This document shows, piece by piece, positions 1 through 10,929 of a DNA stretch of 64,000 bases. Made by a program: the position numbers and the translations under genes. The notes beneath the pieces are model-generated. The model worked only from the letters and a program-made list of their open reading frames with translations, was not told where the DNA came from and did not search any database. This DNA is from a virus (lineage: Duplodnaviria; Caudoviricetes), in the IMG/VR virus record IMGVR_UViG_3300040801_003690, positions 1,038 to 65,037 of that record. The stretch is one strand, 5' to 3'. Numbering within the stretch: the first letter of the stretch is position 1; each line of letters begins with the position of its first letter.

Positions 1-12
1 TATCTTTTTTTG

Positions 13-2514
13 TTAACCCGTTAATCTGAATTCTATTACACAAGTAGCAGATCCTGTAGTGCCAGCAGTAGCCACGGTTGCGTTTGCAGTTACACCGGCA
101 CCGCCATTTGCAAGATATGTGTCTGTAATGTATGTGTCTGTTGCTTCCGGATCGTTTTCGATTGCCGCCATATATGCTGCCGCACCGTTCGTTGGATCTC
201 CTACGGTGACCGTTGTGGTAGTATCTGAGGCAGTATCAACATCAAGCAAGGTCCGTAAAATGACTGCATTGGCGGGAATAGTACCTATGGACTGGGCAGT
301 CGCTGAAGTCAGGTCAACCGTACCTGAAATACTATCGACATTACCTCCAGCTACCGTACTAATTTGGTCATCTACGTATTTTTTATTAGGTATATCATCG
401 TCTGCCGTTACATTATCTTCATAATTTCCAGTACCCGCAGTAACGGCAATAACGCCCGTGCCGTTTAATGTGAAGTTAATATCTACGTTGGTCTCGGACC
501 CTGTACCCAATCCTATGGTAGGTGCTACTCCAGTAGCACCTGCTATAATAGACAGGCCGTTTATTGCGCTTGCTGTGTCTTGTAACTCAAGAACTTCTTC
601 GCCACTGCCATTAGCTAATGTTATTTGTCCCGTTCCATTTGGCTGAATAATTAAATTGCCGTTGGTATCAGTAATAGACAATGTATTACCATTTAAATTA
701 ATATTATCTACGTCTAGGTCGCCGGTAACGTCTACCCCACCAGTTATTGCTAAAGCCGAACCACTCCAAGTAAAGTTGCCATCTCCTTCAATATTTGTCC
801 CAGAAGTAAAAACAGCTACCCTGTTATCTACACCATCAGACGAAGTTACAGTACCGGTAGTAGTGCTATAGTTATAACTAAGAATTCTATCATCGATTGC
901 TGCAGAGGTCATAATTGACGTATCGTTGTCAGCAAAACCTTCCCCACTGGTTTGAACTGCAGTTAGCGAAACACTATCCAGCCCCAAGGTAGTCAACCCA
1001 GTCATTGACCCAGCGTCAACTATTATAGTGCCGTCTAATACGAGCTGTTGCCCGGCCAATGGAGTTATATTAAGGTCTGTTCCTGCAGTACTCGAAATGG
1101 TGTTTCCATTGATGTTGATGTTGTCAACATCTAAATCACCGGTAATATCGAATGCCCCGGTTAGGGCCAAGGTTGTTCCATTGAAAGTAAACAGTCCGCC
1201 ACTATCTTCTACTAATCCGCCTGTCCCTGCTATGAGAACATCGTTATTAGTGAGATCTGCCACTGTTAATGTGTTTCCAGTGCTAACCGTTACATTATTA
1301 TTGAATGTTGAGCTAGCTGCTGTAATTACAACGTCGCCAGTGCCACCATCAAAATCAAATGATATTTCCCCCGTTCCCGCATCAGTGACTTGCAAGGTGG
1401 TGTCGCCGTCCGTAATGCTGCTTGACGAAGTTCCCGCAGTCATATACGACTTTAGTTTGGCAGCAGTTATTGCATAGTTGCCTATTCCCTCGGTACCGCC
1501 AGCAACAGAATGATAAATCAATAATTCATCTGCATCATCGACACTGTCCGTGGTCAGGTTAGACTGACCCACAATGTCTATTCCAATGGTAGGATTGCCC
1601 CCAGTACCATTTCCGTTAGTAACGCTGATTCCTTCATCTCCAGCAACCGATGATGCGGTAATGGTAACATTGGTCGGAGCAGAAGATCCGTTACCAACAA
1701 CAATGCCAGTACCCAAGTTGGAACCTGTTTCTGTAACAATTCCTAAGTCTGCGATAACTTCACTCAACGTTGCTTCATACGTGTTATTGGAATCACTTAC
1801 ATCTTTGACAACAATTGTATCAGTGGAAACCAAGGTATCGGAATAATTGGGCACTGAATCAATATCCAATGCTAGTGTATTGCCAGATTTAGTTAAACCA
1901 GCACCGGCAATGACGTCGCCGCTTGCACTGAACAACGCCCAGACCAAATTATCAGAATTTAGGGTTAGTATTCCGTCTCCCTGCAACACCCACCCAGTAT
2001 TAGCATTGTCAGTGCCTTGTTCAACGAACACATAGTTACCGCTAGATACTTCGCCTGCGGGGGAACCGTCATGATCTTCTGCACGTTCCCATACGCCATT
2101 TGCTCCGGTACCCACGGTTGTCACCACGTATATGCCATTTTGCGTTTGTGTTGTGTCGTCTTTAACTAGAATGCGGTCATTGAGAGCCAAGCTAACACCG
2201 TCTATCGTGTTTGCCATGGCTGTGAATTCGCCGGTACCTCCGGTCCCGCCGGAAGAGTTATAAGATCCGCCCGGATCGGCAGTGGTTGCTACTCTAACAG
2301 ATTCTTTGGGGTCTAAACCCGCAGATACACCATCGACATATGCTTTTGTAACGGCATCGTCATCGTTTACCGGAGTGGCGACTTGTAAGGTTTCCAAGGT
2401 AGAGCCATCGGATTCGGTTAACTTAAACAAACTCCCCGAATAAAGAAGCCTGCCACCGGCTTTTCCTAACTGAATATCTGGTCCAACACCAGAAATACCA
2501 TAATGTTTAGTCAT
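13..2514 (-). CDS. Tail fibre / virion structural protein (833 aa)
   Basis: Gly/Thr/Ser/Asp-rich; 'DDAVTKAYVD', 'DPKESVRVATT...RILVKD..QNGIYVV' phage fibre motifs; duplicated 'TGDLDVDNIN.NGNT.S'; late motif at 2540-2547. Confidence 0.8.
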   Translation of the reverse strand: MTKHYGISGVGPDIQLGKAGGRLLYSGSLFKLTESDGSTLETLQVATPVNDDDAVTKAYVDGVSAGLDPKESVRVATTADPGGSYNSSGGTGGTGEFTAMANTIDGVSLALNDRILVKDDTTQTQNGIYVVTTVGTGANGVWERAEDHDGSPAGEVSSGNYVFVEQGTDNANTGWVLQGDGILTLNSDNLVWALFSASGDVIAGAGLTKSGNTLALDIDSVPNYSDTLVSTDTIVVKDVSDSNNTYEATLSEVIADLGIVTETGSNLGTGIVVGNGSSAPTNVTITASSVAGDEGISVTNGNGTGGNPTIGIDIVGQSNLTTDSVDDADELLIYHSVAGGTEGIGNYAITAAKLKSYMTAGTSSSSITDGDTTLQVTDAGTGEISFDFDGGTGDVVITAASSTFNNNVTVSTGNTLTVADLTNNDVLIAGTGGLVEDSGGLFTFNGTTLALTGAFDITGDLDVDNININGNTISSTAGTDLNITPLAGQQLVLDGTIIVDAGSMTGLTTLGLDSVSLTAVQTSGEGFADNDTSIMTSAAIDDRILSYNYSTTTGTVTSSDGVDNRVAVFTSGTNIEGDGNFTWSGSALAITGGVDVTGDLDVDNINLNGNTLSITDTNGNLIIQPNGTGQITLANGSGEEVLELQDTASAINGLSIIAGATGVAPTIGLGTGSETNVDINFTLNGTGVIAVTAGTGNYEDNVTADDDIPNKKYVDDQISTVAGGNVDSISGTVDLTSATAQSIGTIPANAVILRTLLDVDTASDTTTTVTVGDPTNGAAAYMAAIENDPEATDTYITDTYLANGGAGVTANATVATAGTTGSATCVIEFRLTG

Positions 2515-2559
2515 ATTGAAAATCTCTCTTTGTTGTTATTATTTATCTAAATAACCAGA

Positions 2560-4542
2560 TCATTGATAACTCAGGATTATTTCTATATCTCCTTGACTTG
2601 AACCACCCGGATCAAAATACGCATTTATACTAACATCCGATCCAGTATCATAGAGGTGGTCGCTGTGTATAACATACGTGCCTGTAGCAGACAAATCGTG
2701 AATTTCATTATCCATTAATCTTTCATTATCTCCGACATCTCCTATTGTTAGTGTAGGGGATCCGTCAAAACTATTATTGACAACCACAGTTATTAACGTA
2801 ATTCGTGAATTATTACTGATTTTACCTATTTCGTAGGTATTACTACTATATGTATAATTCAATAACAGGTGTATAGTGTCTGCGTCTGTTTTAGCTGAAT
2901 CCTGCGTTGCTATGACAACCCACGAACTTCCATCCCACAAGTATTGTGCCCATTCTCCGTTACCACTATCAACCACAAATACCTGATCTCCTATAAGCGG
3001 AGATAATGCATCCCTGCCGGGGATATCGCCGACTACCAGTAGGCTAGCTTCTCGTAATGTTTGTTCGACGGTAAGGGCAGCAGCTTTTTGTCCATTTTCA
3101 CAGGAAAAAATTCCAAAATCTTCTAAAACAGTACCACTAATATTACGTAATTCTATGGAACGAGCGTCGTCTGCTTCTAATCTTAAATTGACTCCCGAAA
3201 CCGACGATACAGATAGGGGGAGTCCTGATCCGGAGTTCCCTCCCGCAAACCCAACTCCATTAGCATCCGTTGTGCCGTTGGTTATGGTGAGCGCGTTGCC
3301 ATTTAGACTTTGTATTCGAATAGCATTCGATGACACGACGTCGGCAACTATGTCGGTGTTACCAGCTCCCAACATATCTCGATTTATAGCTTCAACCATG
3401 TCTTCCTCAACCGCAATATTAAGACCAGTTTCTAGTAATCCTTGTGTGTTAATGTCAAACACAACAGTTATTCCATTTATAATAGCAGTCGGAGATGTGC
3501 TTGTATATAAACCGGGCTGGCCGTAGAATAGGGACGAAACTGCTGTTCTCATTTCGTTGGGTACCGGCTGGGATGAGGCACTAACTCCAGTAATACTTTG
3601 TATTGCATTGATATCATTGGTAATATCAGCGATTGTTCCAGTTCCAGACACTACTATCAGTTCGTTGTTTAGCTCAAATGTATATCCAGCAGTGGTGCTT
3701 GGGTTAATAACCGTACCGACATTATATGATAGAGTATTATTTCTTAGTTTTACATAAACTATTTTTTTGGAACTAGAGCTTAATGTGAGTTTTCCGGGTG
3801 ACGACCCATCGATATATAAATCATCACATTTGTCTCCAACCAAATAATCGAAATCATCTTTGACTTTCTGTGGTGGTAATACATAAAAATCATTTGGTGT
3901 TGGGCCTATCATAACGACTTCACCAACTACGCGACTGTTGGTCTGATCAGCCAAGACGAAGGAATTCGTACTGGAATCAGCCGCTACAATGTCTCCAATT
4001 TCAAAAGAATGTCCTTCTTCCGTGAGATTAAAGAAAAACTGATCGTTAAACGAAAGAAACCTGCTCGAAATATTGGCGTAAAATGTCTTCGATACTCCGC
4101 TAGGCACAATTGGGTCTAAACCCGGCATACCCTCCTCATTGAGGCCGAAGATAATAGCTTGTCCAACACCCAGCGCCCCGTCGCCGGATCCCCCCGGATC
4201 ACGGAAGGTGTTATATCGCATGATATCTTCTACAATAACGGTGGCGCTTGTTCGTGTTTTTCTTTCCACGGATATAATCTGCAGACTCAGGCCACTGTTG
4301 TTATTGGATATCCAATCCCCCACATTTATATCATACCCAGAGTATTCATAGGGCTGTCGTGTCAAATGGCTACTGTGAGTTTGGGGACTAATCGACAGCT
4401 CCAGTTGCCACGTATAATATTTGGGTGATATACCACCCTGCCACCATGGGTCGCCCGTGCCGTCTTCGTATGGCCAAGTATCCATGCCCGTCTGCGTCCG
4501 TATAGAGGTGGATATAACTTTGTTAGGACGATTCAAGGACAT
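2560..4542 (-). CDS. Virion structural protein, tail/baseplate associated (660 aa)
   Basis: Beta-rich composition; C-terminal ~110 aa resembles the C-terminus of 13..2514; lies in structural cluster. Confidence 0.65.
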   Translation of the reverse strand: MSLNRPNKVISTSIRTQTGMDTWPYEDGTGDPWWQGGISPKYYTWQLELSISPQTHSSHLTRQPYEYSGYDINVGDWISNNNSGLSLQIISVERKTRTSATVIVEDIMRYNTFRDPGGSGDGALGVGQAIIFGLNEEGMPGLDPIVPSGVSKTFYANISSRFLSFNDQFFFNLTEEGHSFEIGDIVAADSSTNSFVLADQTNSRVVGEVVMIGPTPNDFYVLPPQKVKDDFDYLVGDKCDDLYIDGSSPGKLTLSSSSKKIVYVKLRNNTLSYNVGTVINPSTTAGYTFELNNELIVVSGTGTIADITNDINAIQSITGVSASSQPVPNEMRTAVSSLFYGQPGLYTSTSPTAIINGITVVFDINTQGLLETGLNIAVEEDMVEAINRDMLGAGNTDIVADVVSSNAIRIQSLNGNALTITNGTTDANGVGFAGGNSGSGLPLSVSSVSGVNLRLEADDARSIELRNISGTVLEDFGIFSCENGQKAAALTVEQTLREASLLVVGDIPGRDALSPLIGDQVFVVDSGNGEWAQYLWDGSSWVVIATQDSAKTDADTIHLLLNYTYSSNTYEIGKISNNSRITLITVVVNNSFDGSPTLTIGDVGDNERLMDNEIHDLSATGTYVIHSDHLYDTGSDVSINAYFDPGGSSQGDIEIILSYQ

Positions 4543-4546
4543 TCTA

Positions 4547-6985
4547 TCAACCTGCCATCAGAAACCTCAGGAATAAATTAGCTCTACTTGAAAAAGCTGC
4601 TGATGCTCCTGTATCTGATTGACGTAACTGCAGTTCTATACTAGGCGTACCTGTAGCCGGATTAATCAAGTCAGGATTGTTTGCATCTCCGCTGGTATCA
4701 TCACTTATAGCCCTAGAACCTATAAAACTAGAAGCGTCTCGTATATTCCACTGGTTGTTTTCGTGATCTTGCCCATATGACATTATCGATACTGGTGGGA
4801 AAGCATATCCAGAAAAGGTAAATTCAACAACGCAATTCACTCCGTCAATCACGGTTGCCGTTATTCCGGCGGTTTCGGACACTACAGCATCGATGGCAGA
4901 CAGGTCTCCTCCAGCTCCGGCAGTATATTTTAAAACAACATCTTCTGAAGTTGGCTGGGGGGATGGGGTCCAATTGGCACCATCGTAAACTAAAGCGTCA
5001 TTGGTTACTGGCGCAGTAGTCGTCAGATCAACGTCCGTGAGGTCATCTAAGCTAACAGGAACATCCTGTGTACCAAAATATAAATTTCCGGACCCGTCTG
5101 TCAATAGGGCACTTCCATTGGCACCATCGGCAGCTGGCCACACAAACCCATCCAATACTAAGCTTCCGGTGCCATCAGGAGTCAATATTATATCTCTGTT
5201 TGTTGTGCTTACAATTGCATAATCAGAAACATCCAAATCACCACCTAATTCTGGTGTTAAATCACCGGCTAACTCTGTCAAACCAGTGCCAATGGATACT
5301 TCCGTCGTAAACCATTCGGTCCCATCAGTATATAACCTTACCGAGCCACCGTTGTCCGATATTTGTATAGAGCCAGCACCATTTATAAATTGGCCACCAA
5401 ACCCACTGATCGTTATTGGATTACCAGATGCGGCATCGGTTTCGTCTTTAATAACCAAATTTTTACCTTCACCAGACAGCCCGGCGTCGGGCAGCGTAAT
5501 TGTTCTCTCGGCAGTTGTGTCGGCAACTCCAACCACTGCGTCATCGCGCTCCACAGTGTAGTCATCGATGATCTTGACGTAATTGCCCCCATTAGCATCC
5601 GCAATAACAATGTCATCGTTAACGGTGGTGATTGTTATTCCGCTTCCTTCCTTGATGGTAAACAATTCAAAAGTATTGTTACTATATGCTGAACCCTTCT
5701 TAATAACACTTTCACCAGTACCACCCGATGCAGCCAGAATAGTTGTTGCGTATGAAGAGGCACCAACCCCACCTAGAAAATCCGCATCTCCATCAAATGC
5801 AATATCAATTGTTTCTGCATTTTCAGTCAGAGTAATGCCATCTCCAGCATTTAATGTCCGATAAGTTACCCCGGTAACAACGGGTTCTATGAGAACCTCT
5901 ACGCCACCGCCTAAATTAGAAAAAGAACTAACATCGCTTAGAGAAGCAATCGTTATGTCATTGTCAGTGGATGTTAAATTAATCCCAGTCCCGCCGATTA
6001 GAGTTTTGAAGTCTAGTGTAGTAATACCATCTGCTTCACTCGCAGAACTATAAATACCTTCGCCAATGATACTTAAGTTGTTGCCAATTACACCACATGT
6101 TTCGCACAAATCTGAGTCAAAACCAGTGTACCCAATAATTTCTATATTATCCGGATATGCGGGTGCAGTAACAAAAGATACAGTAGTTGATGCTTCTGTC
6201 AATGGAGTTACGGTATACAGATCTGAGTGTTGTTTCACGCCGTTTATTGTAATCAAAAGGCTCCCGCATGAAATGGCATACCAAGGAATAGTATAGTTCT
6301 TAGTTGCATTGTCTCCGGTGGCTACAAAAATTCGATACGTACTGGCCCCAAATCCCCGTATGCCTATAACTTCTACCTCTTGGTTAATTGATGGGAGGAC
6401 GTTGAAAGTCAGAACAGTAGCACCACTGGGGGTGTATGTTATAGTATATTCTGCGCTTCGCTTGATTACACCATCTATACTGACAACCAAACTATGTTTA
6501 CTAACAGCAGTCCAATTTAGAGTTATTGAACTACCGGAACCATCTGCAACCCATTCATATCGCTTGATGCGATCACTATCAGTTACTTGAAATCCTGTTA
6601 TTTCTATACTAACGTCTAGAGCGGGTGCTGACGCAAACGTAACTAATGTTGATTCAGTACCTACAGTAATGGCGTAATCATCATCGTATTGCTTAATTCC
6701 ATCTAATGTAACTATTAAAGATTGTTCATTTATGGCGCTCCATGGTATAACAAACCCGGCGGTGGTGCCGTCTCCAGTGGCGTTATAACAGTTTATCATG
6801 TCTGCCGAACAATCGGCAGAATCGGTACTGTTGGTCGTAGTAGAACAGCCGTCAGAACTAGATTCCGCTTCTACAAAACAATTGGAATCAGTGTCATACA
6901 CATATCCTTGTGTTTGATCTCCTGTTAAACAAATTTTTGGAATAGTCTGACCGTATAGAGTGGTCGAAGTTGCTATAATAGCCAT
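4547..6985 (-). CDS. Tail fibre-like repeat protein (812 aa)
   Basis: Three ~75-aa repeats (ATGDG...SL.V.IDG.KQ...Y...V.F..AP....IE..G), three 'TL..G.GI..T' repeats, 'LDDLTDVD' fibre motif; late motif at 7012-7019. Confidence 0.75.
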   Translation of the reverse strand: MAIIATSTTLYGQTIPKICLTGDQTQGYVYDTDSNCFVEAESSSDGCSTTTNSTDSADCSADMINCYNATGDGTTAGFVIPWSAINEQSLIVTLDGIKQYDDDYAITVGTESTLVTFASAPALDVSIEITGFQVTDSDRIKRYEWVADGSGSSITLNWTAVSKHSLVVSIDGVIKRSAEYTITYTPSGATVLTFNVLPSINQEVEVIGIRGFGASTYRIFVATGDNATKNYTIPWYAISCGSLLITINGVKQHSDLYTVTPLTEASTTVSFVTAPAYPDNIEIIGYTGFDSDLCETCGVIGNNLSIIGEGIYSSASEADGITTLDFKTLIGGTGINLTSTDNDITIASLSDVSSFSNLGGGVEVLIEPVVTGVTYRTLNAGDGITLTENAETIDIAFDGDADFLGGVGASSYATTILAASGGTGESVIKKGSAYSNNTFELFTIKEGSGITITTVNDDIVIADANGGNYVKIIDDYTVERDDAVVGVADTTAERTITLPDAGLSGEGKNLVIKDETDAASGNPITISGFGGQFINGAGSIQISDNGGSVRLYTDGTEWFTTEVSIGTGLTELAGDLTPELGGDLDVSDYAIVSTTNRDIILTPDGTGSLVLDGFVWPAADGANGSALLTDGSGNLYFGTQDVPVSLDDLTDVDLTTTAPVTNDALVYDGANWTPSPQPTSEDVVLKYTAGAGGDLSAIDAVVSETAGITATVIDGVNCVVEFTFSGYAFPPVSIMSYGQDHENNQWNIRDASSFIGSRAISDDTSGDANNPDLINPATGTPSIELQLRQSDTGASAAFSSRANLFLRFLMAG

Positions 6986-7047
6986 AGTAAATATCCTAGT
7001 TCATTTTTATATATTTATCTAAAAATATAAAGAACTAAGATATCTGG

Positions 7048-7485
7048 TTATATGCTGAGTAAAACCTTGTTAATTTTCCCAACATCTAGGCTCATGATAT
7101 CTTCGTTTGAAGCTGGGGCGCTTCCAAGATAATCACGAACCAAAACTGCCCGAAGAAAAGTAAAATTGCCTACAAAGGTAAAGGCATCTGATCCACTATC
7201 TCCCCCATTTGTTCCAGTGGGGTTTAGTGGGTCGACTGGATAACGAATTTCTGGGCCAACACTGTTGCTGCTTAATGAACCCAATCCTATATCAAACCAA
7301 TCGTCTTCGGATGGGTCTAGAGAAAGGGTTCCTTGAATTCTAAACCCGCCATAGAAATTGGTGTAATGAACGCTTACGGTGTGTATCCCATCGGTGTTAC
7401 CAAACCAACTATCAGCCCTAACTTTATCACCAGTTACTTCCCAATATTGGGAAGTATCCGATAACATGATCTGTGTCATTCTCAT
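7048..7485 (-). CDS. Probable virion protein, paralogous to C-terminal half of 52569..53417
   Basis: Shared 'IHT.SV..TNF.G.....GTL...P' and 'G..AFT...N' motifs; late motif at 7512-7519. Confidence 0.55.
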   Translation of the reverse strand: MRMTQIMLSDTSQYWEVTGDKVRADSWFGNTDGIHTVSVHYTNFYGGFRIQGTLSLDPSEDDWFDIGLGSLSSNSVGPEIRYPVDPLNPTGTNGGDSGSDAFTFVGNFTFLRAVLVRDYLGSAPASNEDIMSLDVGKINKVLLSI

Positions 7486-7524
7486 ATATAAAACCCTTAC
7501 ATGTTTCTATGTATTTATCAAATA

Positions 7525-9747
7525 TTACATATCAATTGCTGGTAAGGAAACATCATCATTGAGAAGGGTAATGACAAACTGGCCTTTCTGAAAATCTACT
7601 TTGGCCGTACCGCCATCGTTCAGTTCACCGAAGAGAATTTCACGGCTTAGCGGCTTTTTAATCTCATTTTGAAACAGTCGATTAAGCGGCCTTGCCCCCA
7701 TCTGGTCATCGTAGCCGCTGACCATGAGTTCTTCCCTAGCCGCAGGGGTAATCATGATATTGACATTTTTGTTCTTTAGCATCTGATTGGTTTCGTCTAC
7801 AATAGCAGATACTATGAGGTCCATTTCAACCATGGTCAATTTATTGAACTCAATCGTAGCATCTAAGCGATTACGAAATTCGGGTGTGAAAAATTGTTTA
7901 ATGGCTTTAGAAACTTCTCCTGCTCGTTCTTGAGATCCAAACCCGATACTAAGTTTTTCTGCTTCTGATGCCCCTAAGTTGGAAGTCATCAATAATACGA
8001 CATTGCTAAAATTGACTACTTTACCTTTGTTAGAAGTAAGATGCCCGTCGTCCATGATCTGCAAGAGAACTTGTAACACGCTGGGGTGGGCTTTTTCAAC
8101 TTCATCTAAAAGCAAAACTGCACTTGGATTTTCTTCTATTCTAGCAATCAACTGTCCTTGGCCCATCTGCCCCTCATCATGTCCAACGTAGCCGGGAGGA
8201 GCGCCTAACAACTTAGACACAGAATGTTGTTCGGAATATTCTGACATATCAAACCTAACTAACTCCACTGACATAAGTTCAGCGAGCTTTTTAGCCATCC
8301 AAGTTTTACCCGTACCGGTGGGACCAACCATTAGCGCGGAAATAATTGGCTTGTTAATGTCTCGTAGGCCAGATTTAGAAATCATAACGGCATCTGTTAC
8401 GACGTCGATTGCTTCGTCTTGTCCAAACACACGGTCTTTTAGACGAATATTGAGATTCTTGATCATGGTGTTCTCTTTCAAATCCACCATATCAATGGAA
8501 ATTTTAGCTAACTTTGCTAATCTATCCTGAATATCATCAATAGTGACTGTTTTGTCGTTTCTAAGCTTTACCTTCGCACCAGCGGCATCCATGATATCAA
8601 TCGCTTTGTCTGGGAGAAATTTATTGTGCATATATCGAACGCTCAAATCTACCGACATATCTAATGTTCCGTCAGCATACTCAACGCCATGGTACTCTTC
8701 GTAATATTTACGAAGTCCTTCGAGAATTTTCTTGGTATCTTCGGGTGAAGGAGGAAGAATATCTAATTTCTGAAAACGTCGCTGAAGTGCCTTGTCTTTT
8801 TCAAAATGCTGATGGTATTCATCATAAGTAGTAGCACCTATGCATGAAATATTGCCATTAGCTAACATGGGCTTAAGTAAATTTGCAGCATCCATGGTAC
8901 CATTAGACGTAGCGCCTGCTCCCATGAGCATATGCACTTCATCTATAAAAAGAATAACATCGTCTCGGTTTTCAATTTGTTTAAGAATAGCTTTCAGCCT
9001 TTCTTCAAAATCTCCCCGGAACCTAGTACCAGCTAGAAGAGAACCTAAATCCAGAGAATAAACCTGTTTGTTTTTTAGAAGATCTGGCACTTCGTTTTCG
9101 ACAATCATTCGGGCAAATCCCTCGGCAATGGCTGTTTTCCCAACACCTGCCTCTCCAACCATAATTACGTTATTTTTCTTCCTTAACGCTAAAATGTTTA
9201 TGAGGTCAATAATCTCGTTTTCGCGCCCAATAACCGGGTCAATTTTTCCTTCTTTGCAGGTTTCGTTAAGATTCTTGCAAAAGGTTTCAAGAGCATCACC
9301 ACCTTCGGTTCCGGTCTGACGCTGAGATTCCATTTCTTTGTTGATTTTATCCAGCGTAACGCCGTGCTTTTCAAAAATCTGCTTGGAAACGGAATTCTCC
9401 TCATGCAAAATACTCACCAAAATCATGACAGGACTGGGTTCTGGAGAATCAACAAAATGGGCCTTCACAACTGCGCGTCCCGATACCCTACGTACAGCGG
9501 TGGTGTCTTTGGGGTATCCACCAGCAGGATCATCCTGCGCGAGTTCAGGACGAGAAAGATATTGCTCTAATTTGTTTTTAATGTGATTGGGACTCCCCCC
9601 TACTGTCTCAATCATAGAAACTACTTCGGGATTTTCCATCAGCACTAACGCCAAATGTTCGGTCGTAACATATTTGTGATTTCTATGAGAGGCCAAAGTT
9701 GCGGCTTTTTTGATGATTTTTTCAAATTCCGGCATATCTGCTGACAT
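7525..9747 (-). CDS. clpA: ATP-dependent Clp protease ATP-binding subunit ClpA
   Basis: Clp N-domain (YVTTEHL), two Walker A motifs (GEAGVGKT, GPTGTGKT), RGDFEERL, GAPPGYVG pore loop, IGF ClpP-docking loop, no ClpB middle domain. Confidence 0.93.
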   Translation of the reverse strand: MSADMPEFEKIIKKAATLASHRNHKYVTTEHLALVLMENPEVVSMIETVGGSPNHIKNKLEQYLSRPELAQDDPAGGYPKDTTAVRRVSGRAVVKAHFVDSPEPSPVMILVSILHEENSVSKQIFEKHGVTLDKINKEMESQRQTGTEGGDALETFCKNLNETCKEGKIDPVIGRENEIIDLINILALRKKNNVIMVGEAGVGKTAIAEGFARMIVENEVPDLLKNKQVYSLDLGSLLAGTRFRGDFEERLKAILKQIENRDDVILFIDEVHMLMGAGATSNGTMDAANLLKPMLANGNISCIGATTYDEYHQHFEKDKALQRRFQKLDILPPSPEDTKKILEGLRKYYEEYHGVEYADGTLDMSVDLSVRYMHNKFLPDKAIDIMDAAGAKVKLRNDKTVTIDDIQDRLAKLAKISIDMVDLKENTMIKNLNIRLKDRVFGQDEAIDVVTDAVMISKSGLRDINKPIISALMVGPTGTGKTWMAKKLAELMSVELVRFDMSEYSEQHSVSKLLGAPPGYVGHDEGQMGQGQLIARIEENPSAVLLLDEVEKAHPSVLQVLLQIMDDGHLTSNKGKVVNFSNVVLLMTSNLGASEAEKLSIGFGSQERAGEVSKAIKQFFTPEFRNRLDATIEFNKLTMVEMDLIVSAIVDETNQMLKNKNVNIMITPAAREELMVSGYDDQMGARPLNRLFQNEIKKPLSREILFGELNDGGTAKVDFQKGQFVITLLNDDVSLPAIDM

Positions 9748-9760
9748 TAAATTTTCTCCA

Positions 9761-10546
9761 TTATACAGTGTATTGTTTGGGCGAATATATGTTGGTTATA
9801 ATAACTTGTTTTTGCTCTTCTGTCAAGTCTGCAGGAACATAAATTTTACAAACAACATACAAATCCCCCACAGCATTATTTATTTCTGGGTTAGGCATAC
9901 CCTTTCCTTTTATCCTGAGCATTTGTTCTGGTTGCGTTCCCTGAGGAACCTTTAAGGTGTATTTATCTCCATTCAAATGCCTGATGTCTGCGGTCGTCCC
10001 AAGCATAGCATCGAATACGTTGATGTGTAACTCAATATACAAATCATCATTTTGTCTATGAAAACGCTCATGTGGAACAACAGATACCTTAAATAACGTA
10101 TTGTTGGCTTGAAACAAAGTACCATGCCGCGTACCTGCGGGTATATTAACAAGCTTGCCGTTGACGTTTTTTTGTACGCCCCCATAGACATCTTCCAATG
10201 TACATTGAACGCTGAACACATTCTGTTGCTGTCGCCTCGGTCTACGAAAACCACCACCAAAAATGTCACCAAATATAGACCCCAAGTCATCGGTGTTGAA
10301 CGGTCCAAATCCAGAATCTTGATGCTCGAACACAGATCCAAAGCGACGTTGTGTGTCGTATTCCTGTCTTTTTTGGCTATTAGACAAGACGGCATTGGCT
10401 TCGTTTATTTCTTGAAATTTTTCTTTGGCTTGTGGATGATCAGAACGATCTGGATGCCACTCCTTCGCTAATGTTCTATAAGCCTTTTTTATTTCGGCTG
10501 TTGTAGCGTCTTCTGAGACGCCCAAAATCTCATAATAATTTTTCAC
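9761..10546 (-). CDS. dnaJ: DnaJ-class co-chaperone (CbpA-like, no zinc finger)
   Basis: NYYEILGV, HPD motif, G/F region, DnaJ_C (RIKGKGMP...GDLYV); GTG start. Confidence 0.92.
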   Translation of the reverse strand: MKNYYEILGVSEDATTAEIKKAYRTLAKEWHPDRSDHPQAKEKFQEINEANAVLSNSQKRQEYDTQRRFGSVFEHQDSGFGPFNTDDLGSIFGDIFGGGFRRPRRQQQNVFSVQCTLEDVYGGVQKNVNGKLVNIPAGTRHGTLFQANNTLFKVSVVPHERFHRQNDDLYIELHINVFDAMLGTTADIRHLNGDKYTLKVPQGTQPEQMLRIKGKGMPNPEINNAVGDLYVVCKIYVPADLTEEQKQVIITNIYSPKQYTV

Positions 10547-10564
10547 AATAAGGTATTTTACGTA

Positions 10565-10915
10565 TTATTTGTCTTCACCGTCGGGTTCGGGTGGGAAAAG
10601 CATCTTGTAGTACAACAACATTACGTTTTGTTGTTGGATATATCTTTTCATTTCTTCGTTGTTGAGTATATATTTTTCAAAATTTTCTATTGGAGTCGTA
10701 ATCACAACAAAATCATTATTCTCTGGATCAAGTTGTTGATAAACTTCCCTAAGTTTGGCGTAATCCCATATTTCCCACTCAATGTCATATAATTCCAATG
10801 GATCGGGTGCGGTGGGGTGCATAACTAGCGGATCACGAACTTTAGTTTTAGTTGCAGTCATGGAACATGCGCTTAAAAAAAGAACGGCCAGTGCTATAGA
10901 AAATATTTTAATCAT
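10565..10915 (-). CDS. Probable o-spanin (outer-membrane lipoprotein)
   Basis: Signal peptide with lipobox LSAC, Pro-rich linker, directly downstream of a TM + coiled-coil gene. Confidence 0.7.
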   Translation of the reverse strand: MIKIFSIALAVLFLSACSMTATKTKVRDPLVMHPTAPDPLELYDIEWEIWDYAKLREVYQQLDPENNDFVVITTPIENFEKYILNNEEMKRYIQQQNVMLLYYKMLFPPEPDGEDK

Positions 10916-10929
10916 ACTTAATTATACCG

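Noticed and set aside
59-6928. Many + strand ORFs over the structural genes, and similar antisense ORFs elsewhere (e.g. 45068..45751, 48382..49254)
   Set aside because: Antisense shadows of codon-biased minus-strand genes, with no SD, promoter or protein motifs.
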